From assembly GCF_001194135.2 (NCBI RefSeq), contig NC_068985.1:62624538-62688537 (forward strand): a stretch of 64,000 bases of DNA, given 5' to 3'. The DNA is from Octopus bimaculoides (taxonomy: Eukaryota). The notes beneath the pieces were generated by a model. That model was not told the DNA's origin. It made no database searches and saw only the letters and a list, made by a program, of their open reading frames with translations. Position 1 is the first letter of the stretch, and each line of letters starts with the position of its first letter. Of this stretch, positions 1 to 12,800 are shown piece after piece. A program made the position numbers and the translations under genes.

Positions 1-2599
1 TAGAACTGAACCAAACCCAAGAAAGACTTTAAGCTAGAGACATCTATAGGGGGTGGCATCTTCATGACTGCCTCAACCTTGGATCCCTTCCCAATTCCTT
101 CGACTATTAAGGTGTGGACAAGATATTCCACATTGGTTTGTGTGAACAAGCACTTTTCATGGTGACATCTGAGTCCTTTGTCGTTCAGATGAGAGAGCAA
201 ATGCCTCAGGTTGCTCAAGTGATCATTTGTGTCTTTCTTGCTAACAAGCATATCATCTTGGAAAACAGCAACTCCAGACAGATCACTGGTCAGATTTTCC
301 ATAATCTCCTGGAAGTAACTAAGCACTGATTTGATTCCAAATGGGAGTTGTTGTTGCAGGAGTACTCCACGGAGAGTGCTGAGAGCTAGCTTTCGTTGAC
401 TCTCTGGTACCTGTTTGATCTGGTTGCAGACATCAGCAAGGTCAATCTTTGTATAACCGTATCCACCTCCCAGCTTTTTCATCAGTACCTCTGGGAGTGG
501 CATTGGATGATGGTGTTCAAGCTGATTGTTGATGCCAACTGAGTAGACATCACAAATCCGTAACTTGGGCTTCAGAGTGCCCAGATTATGTGCTCTGCAA
601 ATCGGTACCACTGGTGTTCTGTATTCATTGAACTGGACTTGCTTCCAGACTCCTTTGCGATACCTTCTTCGTAATATTTGGCCAGGTCAGCACAATGAGT
701 GAATGGAACCAGTCATGCCTTGTGAAAAAACAGCTTGGCATCAGACTTGCATTTTACTTCCAGTTTGAAATCCTTAAGAGATTGTGACAATGTCGTTGCA
801 GGGAAGTATAAAGCTCGTTAGAGGATTTAGGATGTGATGTTTTTGTACGCTTACTTGTCTTAACTCCCTATGCATTTCAGTCCAAGAGTATTGTCTACAG
901 AAATTCCTAGTGTCTGGATAGTGTTTCATCCCAGCAAGTTCAGGTCAAGGATCTTGGTGACAATGTAAGAAATTGTGCTTTGTTTACCAGTCATTGAATC
1001 CTTGGTTTCAGCCATGAAAGTTCCCAGCACAGGCAGGTCATGCTTGCTGGCAGACTTGTAGCAATGTCCGACATCATCCAGCTTCAGTTTCCCTAGTTGT
1101 TTCCAGATCAGCAAAGAAACGAAATTTCCAGTAGTTGCAGTGTCAAGTTCCATCACGAACTGTCGGTCCTGGATAGTTATTGGCACAACATCAGGAAATT
1201 TACTTGGGATTACTTTGACAAGCTCTGCTTTTGTGATTCTCTTCGCAGGTTTGGAACGATGTTCCCATTGCTTTTTCTTACAAACAGCTTCCAAATGTTC
1301 TTTCTTGTCACAAAAGTGGCATTTGATTTCTTTGTAGGAGCAGTTTGTCACTTTATGGGCCTTTCCACATCTGTAACACTTCAACTCAAGATCTGTGGAA
1401 TTAGATTGCTGGTGGTTTATTCATTCTGGGTTTACTTGACCTTGTTGACAGGCCTGGTCTTGGAATTGTAAACAGTTTCTTTGGCAATCTTTACTGCGTC
1501 TTTGGACTCAGTTGCGACTTGGGCAAAGTCCAGCTCTGTGTCCTTGATCTTAAAAAGAGCCCTTAAGACAGCTTTATTGCTGACATGACATATGAATCTC
1601 TGTCTAAGAGCTTCATCTTGAGGGTTTGTGATAGAAGGAAAGTCACAGGTAGCAGTGTCCTGAAGAGTTTCACCTGGCTTCTGTTGCATGTCACTCCATA
1701 ACTTGAAACGTTCTCGCACAATGAAATGTTCTGGGTTAAATTGTTTCTTCATAAAGCTGGCAATTTCCTCCATTGTCAGCTCATTAATATCCTTTGGTGG
1801 ACTCTATTGATTAGCCAAATTCGCCAGTTGTTTATAAATGGCAACAGTTTGATTTGTCAAAAAACATTTGAGCCTTGTGCTGGTCAGGCACAGCGTTTGC
1901 TATCATAAAGGTGCAGAATCTTGACCAATAATCAGGCCACAATTCAGATGCTGAATCAAAAGCAACAAATGGTGGGATAGCAGTAGAAGCTGAAATACGA
2001 AAACTTGGACTGGAATCTTTTTCAGAAATTTGAACTTGAATCAGCCTTCTCAAAGCTTCCATATCTTCTCTGTGCTGTTGCGTCTATACCTCCATTTGTT
2101 CCCTCTGAAGTTGAGTAACTTTATCAGCTCACCACTTTGTTTTGCCATTGTTACCAATGTAAAAATAGTTGAATTATTGTTTTATCTAAATTGAAGCTTT
2201 TGAGCAAAACTGGTTGTTTACCTTTCAAATAATTATATCTGAGTGTCGAAGTAAAAAGTCCACTCTACAAGAATAGTCTTTCTTATCCTTTCATAAGAAT
2301 CCACTTCACAAAAATGACAACAGTATCCTATTGGCGATGCCAATTTGTTATATTTCTCTAGTTTATTTACAAAGAATAGAGCAATAATACAGATAAGTGT
2401 GTTTGTGGTTCAATATACTTCTCTCATTTACTCACAAAGAAGAAAACACAGTGGTATTCCAGATAGGTGTGAAGTCTGTTTATTCCAACTGTAAAACTCA
2501 AGACTGTAGTAATAACGTAAACCAAAAATCGAGACACCTTGTGAATATTCTCGCAAGTTCCAGAACTTTGAATTCTATTGACTAGTGATCTTCACAACA
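1..2599 (-). mobile_element. Ty3/Gypsy LTR retrotransposon, 5' half (LTR, gag, protease, RT), decayed and cut by the window start
   Basis: Minus-strand gag fragments (FDSASELWPDYWSRFCTF; VRERFKLWSDMQQKPGE), CCHC knuckles (CYRCGKAHKVTNC, CHFCDKKEHLEAVC), protease MELDTAT, and RT motifs in 1-800 (LPFGIKS, FQDD, SFLGL) with stops and frameshifts. Confidence 0.92.
2346..2599 (-). repeat. Putative 5' LTR of the Gypsy copy at 1-2599
   Basis: On the minus strand it starts TGTTGTG, ends ATAACA, contains AATAAA, and is followed by a PBS-like TTGGCATCGCCAATAGGAT. The second LTR is outside the window, so this cannot be confirmed by pairing. Confidence 0.65.
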
Positions 2600-2600
2600 C

Positions 2601-2643
<43 letters not shown>

Positions 2644-2991
2644 NNNNNNNNNNNNNNNNNNNNNNNNNNNNNNNNNNNNNNNNNNNNNNNNNNNNNNNNN
2701 NNNNNNNNNNNNNNNNNNNNNNNNNNNNNNNNNNNNNNNNNNNNNNNNNNNNNNNNNNNNNNNNNNNNNNNNNNNNNNNNNNNNNNNNNNNNNNNNNNNN
2801 NNNNNNNNNNNNNNNNNNNNNATATATAATGGAGAAATTGTACAAAATGTATAAATGAATAATGAGTAAAGCACCGGCACAGTTTCAATTACCTGTTGTA
2901 ATCCATAGATTTACTGCAGGAACTTCATAGTGGTGGTTGGGGTAACAGTATTAATAAAATAGGAGATGGAATGTGTAATAGACTTTATTGG

Positions 2992-3031
2992 GTACAACAC
3001 ACTTCGACCCGTTCTAGGTCTCTTCAGGTAC
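2992..3031 (-). ncRNA. Degenerate (fossil) type I hammerhead ribozyme motif
   Basis: Minus strand GTAC-CTGAAGA-GACC(TAGAACG)GGTC-GAAGTGT-GTT-GTAC. Stems I and II pair, but GAAAC has changed to GAAGT. Confidence 0.55.
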
Positions 3032-3159
3032 ATCAATAAAAAGCTTCACAAGAGATTTCTTGAGTTAGCTTGTGTACTGCTATATGTCCATCAAATTCAA
3101 ATGGTTCATCTGGAAAGGCAGCTTAGACCCCACCACATGTCTAAATTCAAGAACTGAAC

Positions 3160-4040
3160 TTTTCGGATCATGTCCACATGTGGCTAAATATTTGCTACGT
3201 TTTTGGTCCACCTGAGTTTACTGATGGGACTTGCTTTCTACATTGTGCCTATGTATAAGCTTTTTATCTCTCTATACTTTTTACTTAGTTTTCTTATATA
3301 CTTTTAATATTTTTTTACATATTTATAATGTTTTGTATATTTTCCACATATATTTTTTCTGTATTCTCCCCTCCACCCCACTTTTTTCCTGTGCGTCTAT
3401 AGACACGTACATGGAACCTTATGTGCGCACTTGTGAATGTGTGCATGTGTGTGGGTACGTGCGTATATAGATGTGTGTGTGCATGCAAAAATATGCGCAT
3501 ATAGACACGTTTTAACCTTATAGCATTTTCACACTTTCTTCTCTATTTTGCTTTTAGACCTGTGATTTTTTTTTTGCATGCGTGTGTATGGGTGCGAGGG
3601 TGTTGAGCGTGGGTGTGTGTGGGTGTGTATGCGGGTATATATATGTATATGTATATATATATATAGTTTTTGGCGAGTATGTGGGTGAGAATGTGTGTTT
3701 TCAAGCGAGCGTGGTTGAGTATATACATATAGGCAAATGTACGGATTGGTGCACTTACGCGAACACTATAGACTTTTCTACTCCCTTACCTTTACTCCTT
3801 CCCTTTACTTAGCAGTCCATAGCTCTTTTGTCTTAATAACGGTCAACAACACAGTAATTTGTTTTTGTTTAACGGTCATTTTTCACAGGAATTTTCAAAG
3901 GCCGGATAACTGAAGAGATGGCGGCGTGGGTTCCCACCCCGGCATCCGAAACTCAGAGTTTTATCATGGCTACCGAATAAGTGTCACATATTTTTACAGA
4001 TAAATTCCTCTATTTACATAATATCGAGGTCTCTTTCTTT
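3160..4040 (+). mobile_element. Non-autonomous Penelope-associated repeat unit carrying a hammerhead motif
   Basis: Reverse-complement homolog of about 60830-61830; contains the hammerhead at 3905-3965 and a GT-rich middle. Confidence 0.6.
3905..3965 (+). ncRNA. Type I hammerhead ribozyme motif (family A)
   Basis: GATAA / CTGAAGA / stem II GATG.CGG...CCG.CATC / GAAAC-TCAGA-GTT / TTATC. Stem I is GATAA:TTATC, stem III is the near-palindromic AACTCAGAGTT, and the predicted cleavage triplet is GUU. Confidence 0.75.
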
Positions 4041-4744
4041 CTTGTGTTGTCCTTTCTATCAATATATATATATACATATGTATGTATATATGTATGTATG
4101 TATATGTACATATATATATATATATATATGCATACATACATATATGTTTATGTATATATCTATACCTTCTTCTCTCAAGCTATTTTGTTGTTTATTTCTG
4201 CGTCATCTTAAAAGTTTCGTTTTAGAAGTTGCATTGTTTTAGCTTGTTGAATAGTTTATCTGGTCTCCTGTATTACAATGTTTCTGCTATGGGATAGCCA
4301 TGTGGCTTGGTTAGTCTTGGTGCATGCTCCCATCCCACCATCACTGCCTATATCAAAAGTCTTTCACTTGAAACCTTTCTTCTCTACAGGAAACCCCCTC
4401 CCTCCAGCTCACATCAGTTTACTAGCAGCAACAGTACTATGATATTAAAAGGCACAACTAGCTTGCTTGCATAGGAAATGGACAAATGACAAGTGTACTT
4501 GCCAACTGGTTAATAACCAGTACTATTTTATCTTTATGTAAGCAATGGATTATACCACTCCATCTTCTTCTGGTATATGTGGCTAATGTGAATGACAGTA
4601 AATTAAATGCAAAGTGAAACTTATATGAACTTATATAATATATCTTGCAAATGTCCATGCAAACCTTCTTTTCAGATGCAGAATGCTGTCCTCCATCCCT
4701 CTGCTCCCTCTTGCCACCCCTTCATCACCCTTATCCACCCTTCC

Positions 4745-6780
4745 GCACCCTTAGAGTTGGCACACTCAACGTGGGCACATTAAAAGGTAGATCTGGTGAG
4801 ATTGTTGAGATGCTGGAATGAAGGTGTGTAGACATGTGTTGTATTCAAGAAGTAAGATGAAGAGCAGCTTCAGCTAGGTTCTTCACAATCAAAAAACATA
4901 AGTACAAAATCTTCTTGGCAGGAAATAGTGATGCAGTTGGTGGTGTGGGCATACTTCTTGCTGAGAAATAGGTTAATAAGGTGATCAAAGTAATCAGGGA
5001 TTGTGATAGCATACTTAAGCTTAGACGAGTATTGCAAAGTAGAACAGTAACTATTATTTATGCCCTATGCTCCTCAACCAGGGTTGCCAAATGAACAGAA
5101 AGATCGATTTTATAACACCCTTTTGCAGATTACCTCATCAACAAATGACACTGACCTTCTCTTTGTAGTTGGTAACTTCAATGAGCATGCTGGGCAGCAT
5201 CCAGGTGGCTCCCATAGAGTGCATGGAGTCAGTTCCCACAATGAGGAGGGAACTAGGCTGCTGCAGTTCTGCAATGTAAATGACCTTATGATCTGCAATA
5301 CTGACTTCAGGAAACTAGCCAGTTACCAGTTCATCTAGCAGTCAGATAGCCATACAAGACAGATTGATTACATTCTCACCAGAAAGTGAGAAAAATGGTT
5401 GCTTATAAATGCAAAGATCTTCCCAAGTGAAGAGTGCACTCCTGAACATAAGGTTAGTCATTAGTGACTTCACACACCAGGCTAAAAGGATGCCAAAAAG
5501 CAAACCAGTCTAGAAAAGAAACATCTGGAAGCTTAAAGATCCTCTACGATTTAGAGAGATTCTAACTGAAGCATTTGGTGAGAGGGAGGAGATAGTAACA
5601 TATAACATAGAGACAAATGGAGGTTTGTACAGAACAATTTAATGAGGACCACTGACCAAATTTGTGGCTTGTGCAAAGTCCCAACCAGACCTAAGATGAC
5701 CTGATCATGGAACAGTATAGTAGACAGAGCAATTAGAGTAAAGAAATAGGCCTAAAAAGACTGGAAAAGCTCCCAGTCCATCATGAATCATGGCTAAAAT
5801 ACTTAAAATATTTGACAGAGTAAGATATAGCCTAGTCACCCATATAGTTAATAAGGTTCTCCATGAAGGAGTCAAACCCAACAACTGGTGTGCATTATAG
5901 TGAACTGTAACAAGGGTAAAGGTGATGCCTTAGACAAAAATAATTACAGAGGTATCAAATAGCTGGACCAGGTGATGAAAATTACAGAGAGGGTCATAGC
6001 TCAACTAATTAGGAAGAGAGTTAATCTAGATGAGATGCAGTTTGGTTTTGCACCAGGGAAAAGCACTACTGATGCCATCTTCCTGGTAAGGTAACTGCAG
6101 AAGATTTTTAGCAAACAAATTGTAGATGCAAGTGCTACCAATTGAAAGTTCTGCATATTAGATGCAAGCAAGTTTATGGGGTCATCAGAAGAGAATGCAT
6201 GCCATTTTGGGGGGCCTTCCTCTCAACAGCATCATTGCACACCAGCACCATCTCACTGAAATGAGGCCCTGCTTGCTACATCAACTGGTTATTAGGTCAA
6301 TATTCTTCTAACCATTGCTCATCATCTCTTTTTAACCAAATCCAGTGGTTTCTCTTCCCCACTAAAGTCTGGATATCACCCATGGTGATATTTGCTTTAG
6401 CCAAAAATAAACCTCTGTACTTGGCTTTTGCCAACAAAGAGAAAGCCTTTGACAAGGTAACACTACTCCCTTATCTGGTCAATGCAGAAACTAGGAATAG
6501 ATGAGTGGTTGGTGGGAGCTGTACAAGCCATGTACAGGGATGTTGTCAATAAGATGCAAGTCGACAATGAATATAGCAATGAATTTAGTGTACATGTTGG
6601 AGTTCATGAAAAATCAGTTCTCAGGCCCCCTCTTGTTTATCAGTTCTCCAGGCCATAACAGATGAATTTAAGACTAGCTACCCTTGGGAGCTCCTCTGTG
6701 CTGATGACCTTGTTCTCATAGCTGAATTACTACCAGAACAAGAGAAATTTCAGGTGTGGAAGCAAGGTCTGGAACCTTAT
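4745..6780 (+). mobile_element. RTE-clade LINE remnant (AP endonuclease and RT)
   Basis: GTLNVGTLKGRSGE and CCIQEVR endonuclease start, AYAPQPG, NNYRGIKLLD, QFGFAPGKSTTDAIF, EKAFD and ADDL motifs; many stops; about 270 bp unrelated insert near 6116-6387. Confidence 0.88.
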
Positions 6781-6939
6781 GCAGTACCAGGTAGTGGCTC
6801 TCATGGCATTTGGTCTAAACTGATTGGAAGTGTTATCATGTACATTGTTTTGTCTTGGTATAAAAGATGGGCTACAGCAAATATTATTCTCAATACCACA
6901 GATTTGCTTGTCGGTTGTTTGACCATGACAAGTTGAGCA

Positions 6940-7330
6940 TGTCCCTTAGTGGCTGACACTATGAGCATCTCCAATCACAAGCAGAAGTGGTGGGGTAGCA
7001 TCATAGCCGTGTGTTGAGAGGAATTCTTTGGGGTTTGAATAATTCGCCTCTGGTAATATGGGTGTTTTGTTCATCATCCTTAAACAAACCTTATTCAGGG
7101 ACCTTTTGAGCAGGATGGGCTACTCAACCTGAAGAAAATTCTAACTGAACCTACCTGCAAGGCCATGTGCTGTTTATCTTGATATGAAATCACCATGTCG
7201 CACTTATATGGTTGTGATGCATGTGCCTAATGTACCCTTATCAGACAGGTAGTCATGATGGGTATATTGGACTTTGTATATTTGTACACCAGTGTCACTT
7301 TGATTGCATGTGCTACTCTCTCACTCAATG
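6940..7330. repeat. SINE-like interspersed repeat (family not assigned)
   Basis: GC-richer non-coding block ending in a short ATA-type tail; resembles repeats recalled from octopus DNA. Not verified. Confidence 0.3.
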
Positions 7331-8199
7331 ATAATAACGATAATTACCTATTAATTAAAACTTGTTCTGCAATTGACTTTTTATGGTGTTGATACATTTG
7401 CTTCTCATTAATATTTCTTCTTGGGAAATTAGACTGATCGCCAGAAGATATATTCTTTCTAAATAAAAGTAAACAAAATATATGAGAGAGATTATTGACT
7501 CAAAAAAGAATAATTTTTGTAGAGTGCATGTTCATAAATGGGGCAGTACTTTAGTATCCAGCATTAATTAGATGACAGTGTACTTCAATATTCAGTATTA
7601 ATATAAGGCAGAGTACAAGAGTAATCAATATTAGGTAGACTACATCAGTATTCAACATTAGGAAGAGTACTGTGTTATTCAGTATTAGATATAGTTTTTA
7701 TACAATGGTCATTTATCAACTTTCACCTCCATACTCTCACCTTTGATGTTCAACATTCTTATAGATACAATCATTAAACCTTGACACCATTTCACATTAC
7801 ACTTCCATATAAAATGTGATAGTAATGTAGTGTGGTATGATAATGTAATGTGATGTGATGGTGGTGTAATGAGGTGATTGAAATGTATAAAAGGTTGCAA
7901 ATAATTGATATTTTTGTTGCCCCTTGTTGTTACAACATCACAGAACAAGCATCCAATTTAACAGAAAATTTTCAAACATTTCCAAAACTAGCCACCAAAT
8001 TCCCAGGAAAATAAAATATGAGATTCACACCATACACCTTGGACACAAACTAAATCCTTGCCTTCCATCAGACACCAGAAATAAGGAAATCCAGAAACTC
8101 CAAGAACTCAGTGTCTGACAGAATGATAGACCTTCATCAAAAACACCTAAAGATTAATGGAATTGTTACATTCACCATTTTCTTTTATCTTTTACTTGT

Positions 8200-8400
8200 T
8201 TCAATCATTAGACTGCAGTCATGCTGGGGCACCACTTTGAAGAGTTTTTAGTTTGATGAATCAACCCCAGTACTTTTTTTCTTTAGACATGGTACTTTTC
8301 CTATCAATCTCTTTAGACGAACTGCTAAGTTACAGGAATGTAAGCACACTAACACCAGTTGTGAAGTGATGGTGGGGAACAAACACAGACACACACACAT
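8200..8400 (-). mobile_element. 3' part of a tRNA-derived SINE
   Basis: Reverse complement of the GTGCCCCAGCATG...GACT tail and AACTTAGCAG body also seen at 9630-9815 and 53060-53263. Confidence 0.7.
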
Positions 8401-8437
8401 ACATACATACACACACACACATATATANNNNNNNNNN

Positions 8438-8471
<34 letters not shown>

Positions 8472-9565
8472 AAATATAAGATATGTATGAGTCCACTACA
8501 TATAAATATAAGATCCATGGATTGAGATGTAGGAAAAAAGTTGACTTCAAGCAATCTGTAGTAAATATAAAAAACAACTTTCAGGGACAATAGTGGTTTG
8601 TTGAGAAGGAAGGTTGTGGATTTTTTAATGTATTGAAGTATAATAAACTGAAAAAAGTTCTTTGTATAGGTAACCAGGGTTGCCGGGTGTGCAAATAAGA
8701 ATAGAAGAGTTAAGGAATGGAGTAGNNNNNNNNNNNNNNNNNNNNNNNNNNNNNNNNNNNNNNNNNNNNNNNNNNNNNNNNNNNNNNNNNNNNNNNNNNN
8801 NNNNNNNNNNNNNNNNNNNNNNNNNNNNNNNNNNNNNNNNNNNNNNNNNNNNNNNNNNNNNNNNNNNNNNNNNNNNNNNNNNNNNNNNNNNNNNNNNNNN
8901 NNNNNNNNNNNNNNNNNNNNNNNNNNNNNNNNNNNNNNNNNNNNNNNNNNNNNNNNNNNNNNNNNNNNNNNNNNNNNNNNNNNNNNNNNNNNNNNNNNNN
9001 NNNNNNNNNNNNNNNNNNNNNNNNNNNNNNNNNNNNNNNNNNNNNNNNNNNNNNNNNNNNNNNNNNNNNNNNNNNNNNNNNNNNNNNNNNNNNNNNNNNN
9101 NNNNNNNNNNNNNNNNNNNNNNNNNNNNNNNNNNNNNNNNNNNNNNNNNNNNNNNNNNNNNNNNNNNNNNNNNNNNNNNNNNNNNNNNNNNNNNNNNNNN
9201 NNNNNNNNNNNNNNNNNNNNNNNNNNNNNNNNNNNNNNNNNNNNNNNNNNNNNNNNNNNNNNNNNNNNNNNNNNNNNNNNNNNNNNNNNNNNNNNNNNNN
9301 NNNNNNNNNNNNNNNNNNNNNNNNNNNNNNNNNNNNNNNNNNNNNNNNNNNNNNNNNNNNNNNNNNNNNNNNNNNNNNNNNNNNNNNNNNNNNNNNNNNN
9401 NNNNNNNNNNNNNNNNNNNNNNNNNNNNNNNNNNNNNNNNNNNNNNNNNNNNNNNNNNNNNNNNNNNNNNNNNNNNNNNNNNNNNNNNNNNNNNNNNNNN
9501 NNNNNNNNNNNNNNNNNNNNNNNNNNNNNNNNNNNNNNNNNNNNNNNNNNNNNNNNNNNNNNNNN

Positions 9566-9604
<39 letters not shown>

Positions 9605-9629
9605 CGCGCGCGTGTGCATGCTTGCGTGC

Positions 9630-9815
9630 GTGCGTGTCCCACTACTGCTTCACAGCCGGTGCTGGTGTGTTTACATCTCCGTAACTTAGCAGTTTAGCAA
9701 AGAGATCAATAGAATAAGTATCAGGCTTTTAAAAAAATAAGTACTGGGGTCAATTCATTTAACTAAAAATTCTTCAAGGCAGTGCCCCAGCATGGTCACA
9801 GTCTAATACCTGAAG
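9630..9815 (+). mobile_element. 3' part of a tRNA-derived SINE
   Basis: Colinear with 53085-53263 (TTTACATC.CCGTAACTTAGC...GTGCCCCAGCATGG); follows a (TG)n(CG)n tract. Confidence 0.7.
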
Positions 9816-12800
9816 TAGTATATCATATTTAATCTTTATAACATTCTAAATAAAGTACCACATTGATATGTCCCTGCTAAATACACCGTATCTTATGTAG
9901 ATGATATCACACACCTTGCCATCATTTCCCAACTACTGCAACTTTGTATCAAACAAATATCTTCACTGAAAATTGTGTTTTAATAGATTAACTTACATTT
10001 CATGCCAGTCTCTTTCTTAACCTAATTAGAATCTATGACTCTTGATCTTTGAAGTGAGGCAGAATAGGAGGTGAGATACAAGTAGAAGGTAGGATTTGAT
10101 AACAGGTATGATACAGTAGGTAGGGCAATGGAAAGAGAGATAGATGTGTGTGATAGAGAGAAGACAAAGAGAGTATTGTAATAGCAGTGATAAAAGAAGC
10201 ACTGTAAGGTATACCAGTGGTCAAGTGTTGTTGGTGAGTAAATCCTTGCTAATCAGTGGAACAGCTTCGTTTTTTTTGTTTGTATAGCAGCAACAGCAGA
10301 GTACTTACATAGTACTTACCAGAGCTCTACCTTTACACCCTTTTTATTTATTATAATTCAAATATTTCTTGCACTTCAAAAAGTATACAATATAACCAGT
10401 GAAGAAAAATATATGGGGAAACAAGTTGCTATCTGCATAATACAAACACAATTAATTTGGAATAAAGTTATTTTCCTTTCTTTTTTAAAATGAAAGAGTT
10501 ACCACATGATTTGTGTGTTATATGATTAACGATTTCACAAAAATCAACTTACAAGTTTTGCTGTGGCAAATTCATACTAATTAGCTGGAAAGCATCATCT
10601 AATAAGTTATGCATTTTAACACATGTTTGTTGTAAAGTGTCAGGTTGTCTCCTCCATAGTTTATCATCATCATACAGTTCATTCTGCAAATATTCATTAT
10701 TTTGATGAAAAATATCAAAGAACGTTTCCTTTTTTCATTTAAATCTCAGTGAAGTTAAAATGTTACATTTCATCAAAATAAAAATACAATAAAATGAATA
10801 AATAAAATACAAAACATTCCTATTATTTAAATCTAATTAAATACAAATGAGTACTTATTTAACAATATACTTTGCAGAGTATTATTGATATTTAATCAAT
10901 TGTTGATTGAGTTTAAATTGAGAAAGCCAACAACAAAAGCTTATATTTCAGATGGTTGCAAAATATTAATTTAAAATAAATGCAATACTAAAAATATAAA
11001 AAATATTTTTATCAATTATTGTAATTATTTGCAATATTTTAAGAATACAAAACAGTTTGACAGTGAAAAGATAAAAAAAAAAATAACCAGAAACATTGGT
11101 TAAATTTTTTTTTAAAGTTAAAAATAAAACAAAACAATAGGAAACAACTATATTGTGGATTTTCATTAAATTGTTACAATTTATTTTTGCTTTTCAAGAT
11201 ACCACAAAGAAGAGGGCATAACAATTACTAAAACCCTGAATATATAATTTAACAAAGTAGAATATTCACAAAATGATATTCAATAAATCCTAATCAAAAA
11301 TGGTACTTAAAAGATGGAACTCAATAAATGATACTTACTAAACTGCTTTCTTTGAAAGAGTTCACATCAGAAGCATGCTTGAGGTTGCATTTTCTTAGAG
11401 GATATGAAAAGACAAGATATTATAACACATCATAAATAACAACTAGCTTGCCACAGCACCACATTATAAGGAACCAAAATTTGTATAACATTATAAATAG
11501 TATGATTTGTTAAATGGGCAATGACATGTCCCATATAAGGACACACTGGGTAGTCTTGTCCAAATTACAGTATGTCAGAAAAATTTCAGGATGATTACCT
11601 TAAGTCATCAGTCTACTTGATCAAATTGACTTGATGTCAGTCCTTTTGATTTCATTCTACCTGAGACAGTCTCTGGTTCAATAATATAAATTTTCTGTTG
11701 TAAAGTGAGCTAAATTAAAATCTTCCATCACAATTTCAAGTCAATTTATGTTCCAAATACTAGTTTAGTAATGACAAAGTTACTTTACAGTCTGAAGGAT
11801 ATTGTTGTAGAGCAAACTGACACCCCTGCACATGACTATCAGTGGACCAGGCGAGTCTATAAATAGATGAGCCAGTAAAGATTTAAGGTCGAAATGTGAG
11901 AGCATTAGTCTCGTAATTGATTCTGCGTTGGAGTGTTATTGTGCAAACGGTTATAATAAGGTAACCAATTCTTGTTACACTGTTTTTTATTATACAGTTA
12001 TATTTGGTATTGTGATATATTGTTACACACACACATCATATATCATCAATGACGATATAACAATCGGTGATGAGAAGTGTTTGAGGCTCACTTGAATTAT
12101 TGTGAATTGTACATTTTTTGTTTATGAGAACAAAAAATTCATCTTGTTTATCATGGAAGAATTATAATCAACCATGATAGAGTTGCAAAAACAGCAACAC
12201 AGGGTTTTACATGTTCTCCTCAAGGAAATGAAAAATGCTACAAATGCATTTACACCAGATTCATTGGCAAGCTCTATCAACAAATTTAGATATAATCCAG
12301 ACAAAGGTGTCACATTTGCTGCTTATTATAGTCAGTTTGAGGAAATATTAAAGCATATTCAGACTGGGAAGAAGACCAGAAGACTAGCTTTTGCTAAGAA
12401 AATTAGCACTAGTGAAACATGAAAAGTATATTAATTATATACTACTCCCAAAATCTGGAGAATTACGATTTGAAGATACAATAAGCACACTATCAAAACT
12501 TTTTAGTGAAAAAAGATCTTTGTTCAACACAAAATGGTCCAGTTTAAATTTGACAAAAAAATGTAGAGAATGATTTCATAATATATGCCAGAATAGTAAA
12601 CCGTGAGTGTGAAAAGTTCGAGTTAAATGAACTATCAATGGATATGTTTAAGTTCCTGATAATTCATTCAAGGACTAACAGCACAATAGGATTCAGAAAT
12701 TCGCATAAGGATATTGAACTATGATATCACTCTTCAACAGATATCAGAAGACTGCCAATGGATAATAAATCTTAAACAGGAATGCGATATATCAAACATA

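Noticed and set aside
7900-8160. Possible Penelope or R4 RT fragment (ORF 7924-8118)
   Set aside because: No diagnostic motif was recognisable.
8330-9684. Long ORFs in the supplied track (also at 2575-2888, 28398-29407, 44466-45193, 45943-47136, 50155-50835 and 57622-58440)
   Set aside because: They stay open only because they run through N gaps or microsatellites.
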